NCBI RefSeq assembly: GCF_018350175.1
Contig: NC_058368.1
Coordinates: 188,854,001 to 188,918,000 of the forward strand
DNA from: Felis catus
Lineage: Eukaryota
Direction: 5' to 3'
DNA length: 64,000 nucleotides
A program made the translations under genes and the position numbers. This document shows positions 63,226-64,000 of the stretch, piece after piece (position 1 is the first letter of the stretch; the number at the start of each line of letters is the position of its first letter). Below the pieces are notes generated by a model, which saw only the letters and a list, made by a program, of their open reading frames with translations, was not told the DNA's origin and searched no databases.

Positions 63226-64000
63226 TTCATATGGAAAGTTACCAAAAAGGTGTTGGGTTTTTTGCCCCACACTCTCCATCCCCCCCCTCCCAAAAAAGAC
63301 TGGAGTTTGGTTCTGATTGGGCTGTTTCCTGGAGTTTCTGGAACTCCTTGGAACTCTACAGGGTCAATAGGGGCTTTGTCCTGTCTCTAGTTCATTTCCC
63401 ACGGTTCGAATAAGGCTGTCACACTCTTTCTCCTGACAACATTTTATCAAACATATCCGCCACACAAAATGTGGTAATTCATGAGACAAAAGTGAGGTTT
63501 TGAGTTACAATAACCTCCGCTTTGTTAAAAGCCCCCTGAGAATCTGAGATCTTCTCCATAGGCCAGCAGACATGCATGCGTCCCCCGTTTACAAATGCCT
63601 TAAAAACAGCCTGATAAATCATCCCCAAAATGTGTGTGCTACATCTAACTCTGTCCCTCAGTGGGGATATTTTTAACTCCTACTTCTAAGTCCTCTCAGT
63701 TCCTTTAAGGAAGTGCGATCCGAAAGGGTCAGGCATTTGGCATGTACTTAGGGGAAACTTTGAAAGAATTCCTGAGGCTCCCCCTGGGGTAAGGCTGGCT
63801 TTCCCCAAAAGAACAGGCCCTTCAGAGCGTCTTTGCCACATAAGGGCTTGTGTGAGGCCCCAGGCACCCGTTGATGCCGTCTCTTCCCTGCGACAGATGG
63901 CCAAGCCTTCAATTTCAGCAAGCGATCCACTGTGGAGAGGGCGGGCAGGAGATTCTGGCAGCGTGCCAGGTGACAGGGCAGCTTAGGGTAACAGGGATCC

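Noticed and set aside
1..64000. CRISPR array, prokaryotic or viral system, NUMT, processed pseudogene, intact ERV, or a named host gene
   Set aside because: No regularly spaced repeats, gene-dense segment, mitochondrial or retroviral coding sequence recognised, and no exon available to identify the gene.

Overview
This is non-coding mammalian nuclear DNA from a carnivore, most likely a felid: it carries six tRNA-derived Can-SINEs of SINEC_Fc type. I find no credible protein-coding exon, rRNA or tRNA gene, CRISPR array or prokaryotic element, and the ORF track is explained by repeats, microsatellites and chance. The window contains one 5'-truncated L1 and an L1ME remnant, many ancient MIR/MIR3, L2 and CR1/L3 fragments (several nested), and DNA-transposon fossils (two MER102, one MER81-like, one MER46C-like). 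Many microsatellites are interspersed with multi-kb intervals where I see no transposons and which are rich in developmental TF motifs. This fits a long intron, probably of a + strand gene, or a regulatory desert; I cannot name the host gene. I cannot support a new biological system. The best leads are a perfect SOX-OCT composite site (39547-39561), a 41-bp-arm fold-back inversion at a MER102 end (54725-54883), a candidate recursive splice site (35977-35984), a CNE-like block (42040-42420) and a CTCF-like site (29381-29398). Repeat family names come from my recollection of consensus sequences, and the boundaries of ancient repeats are approximate.
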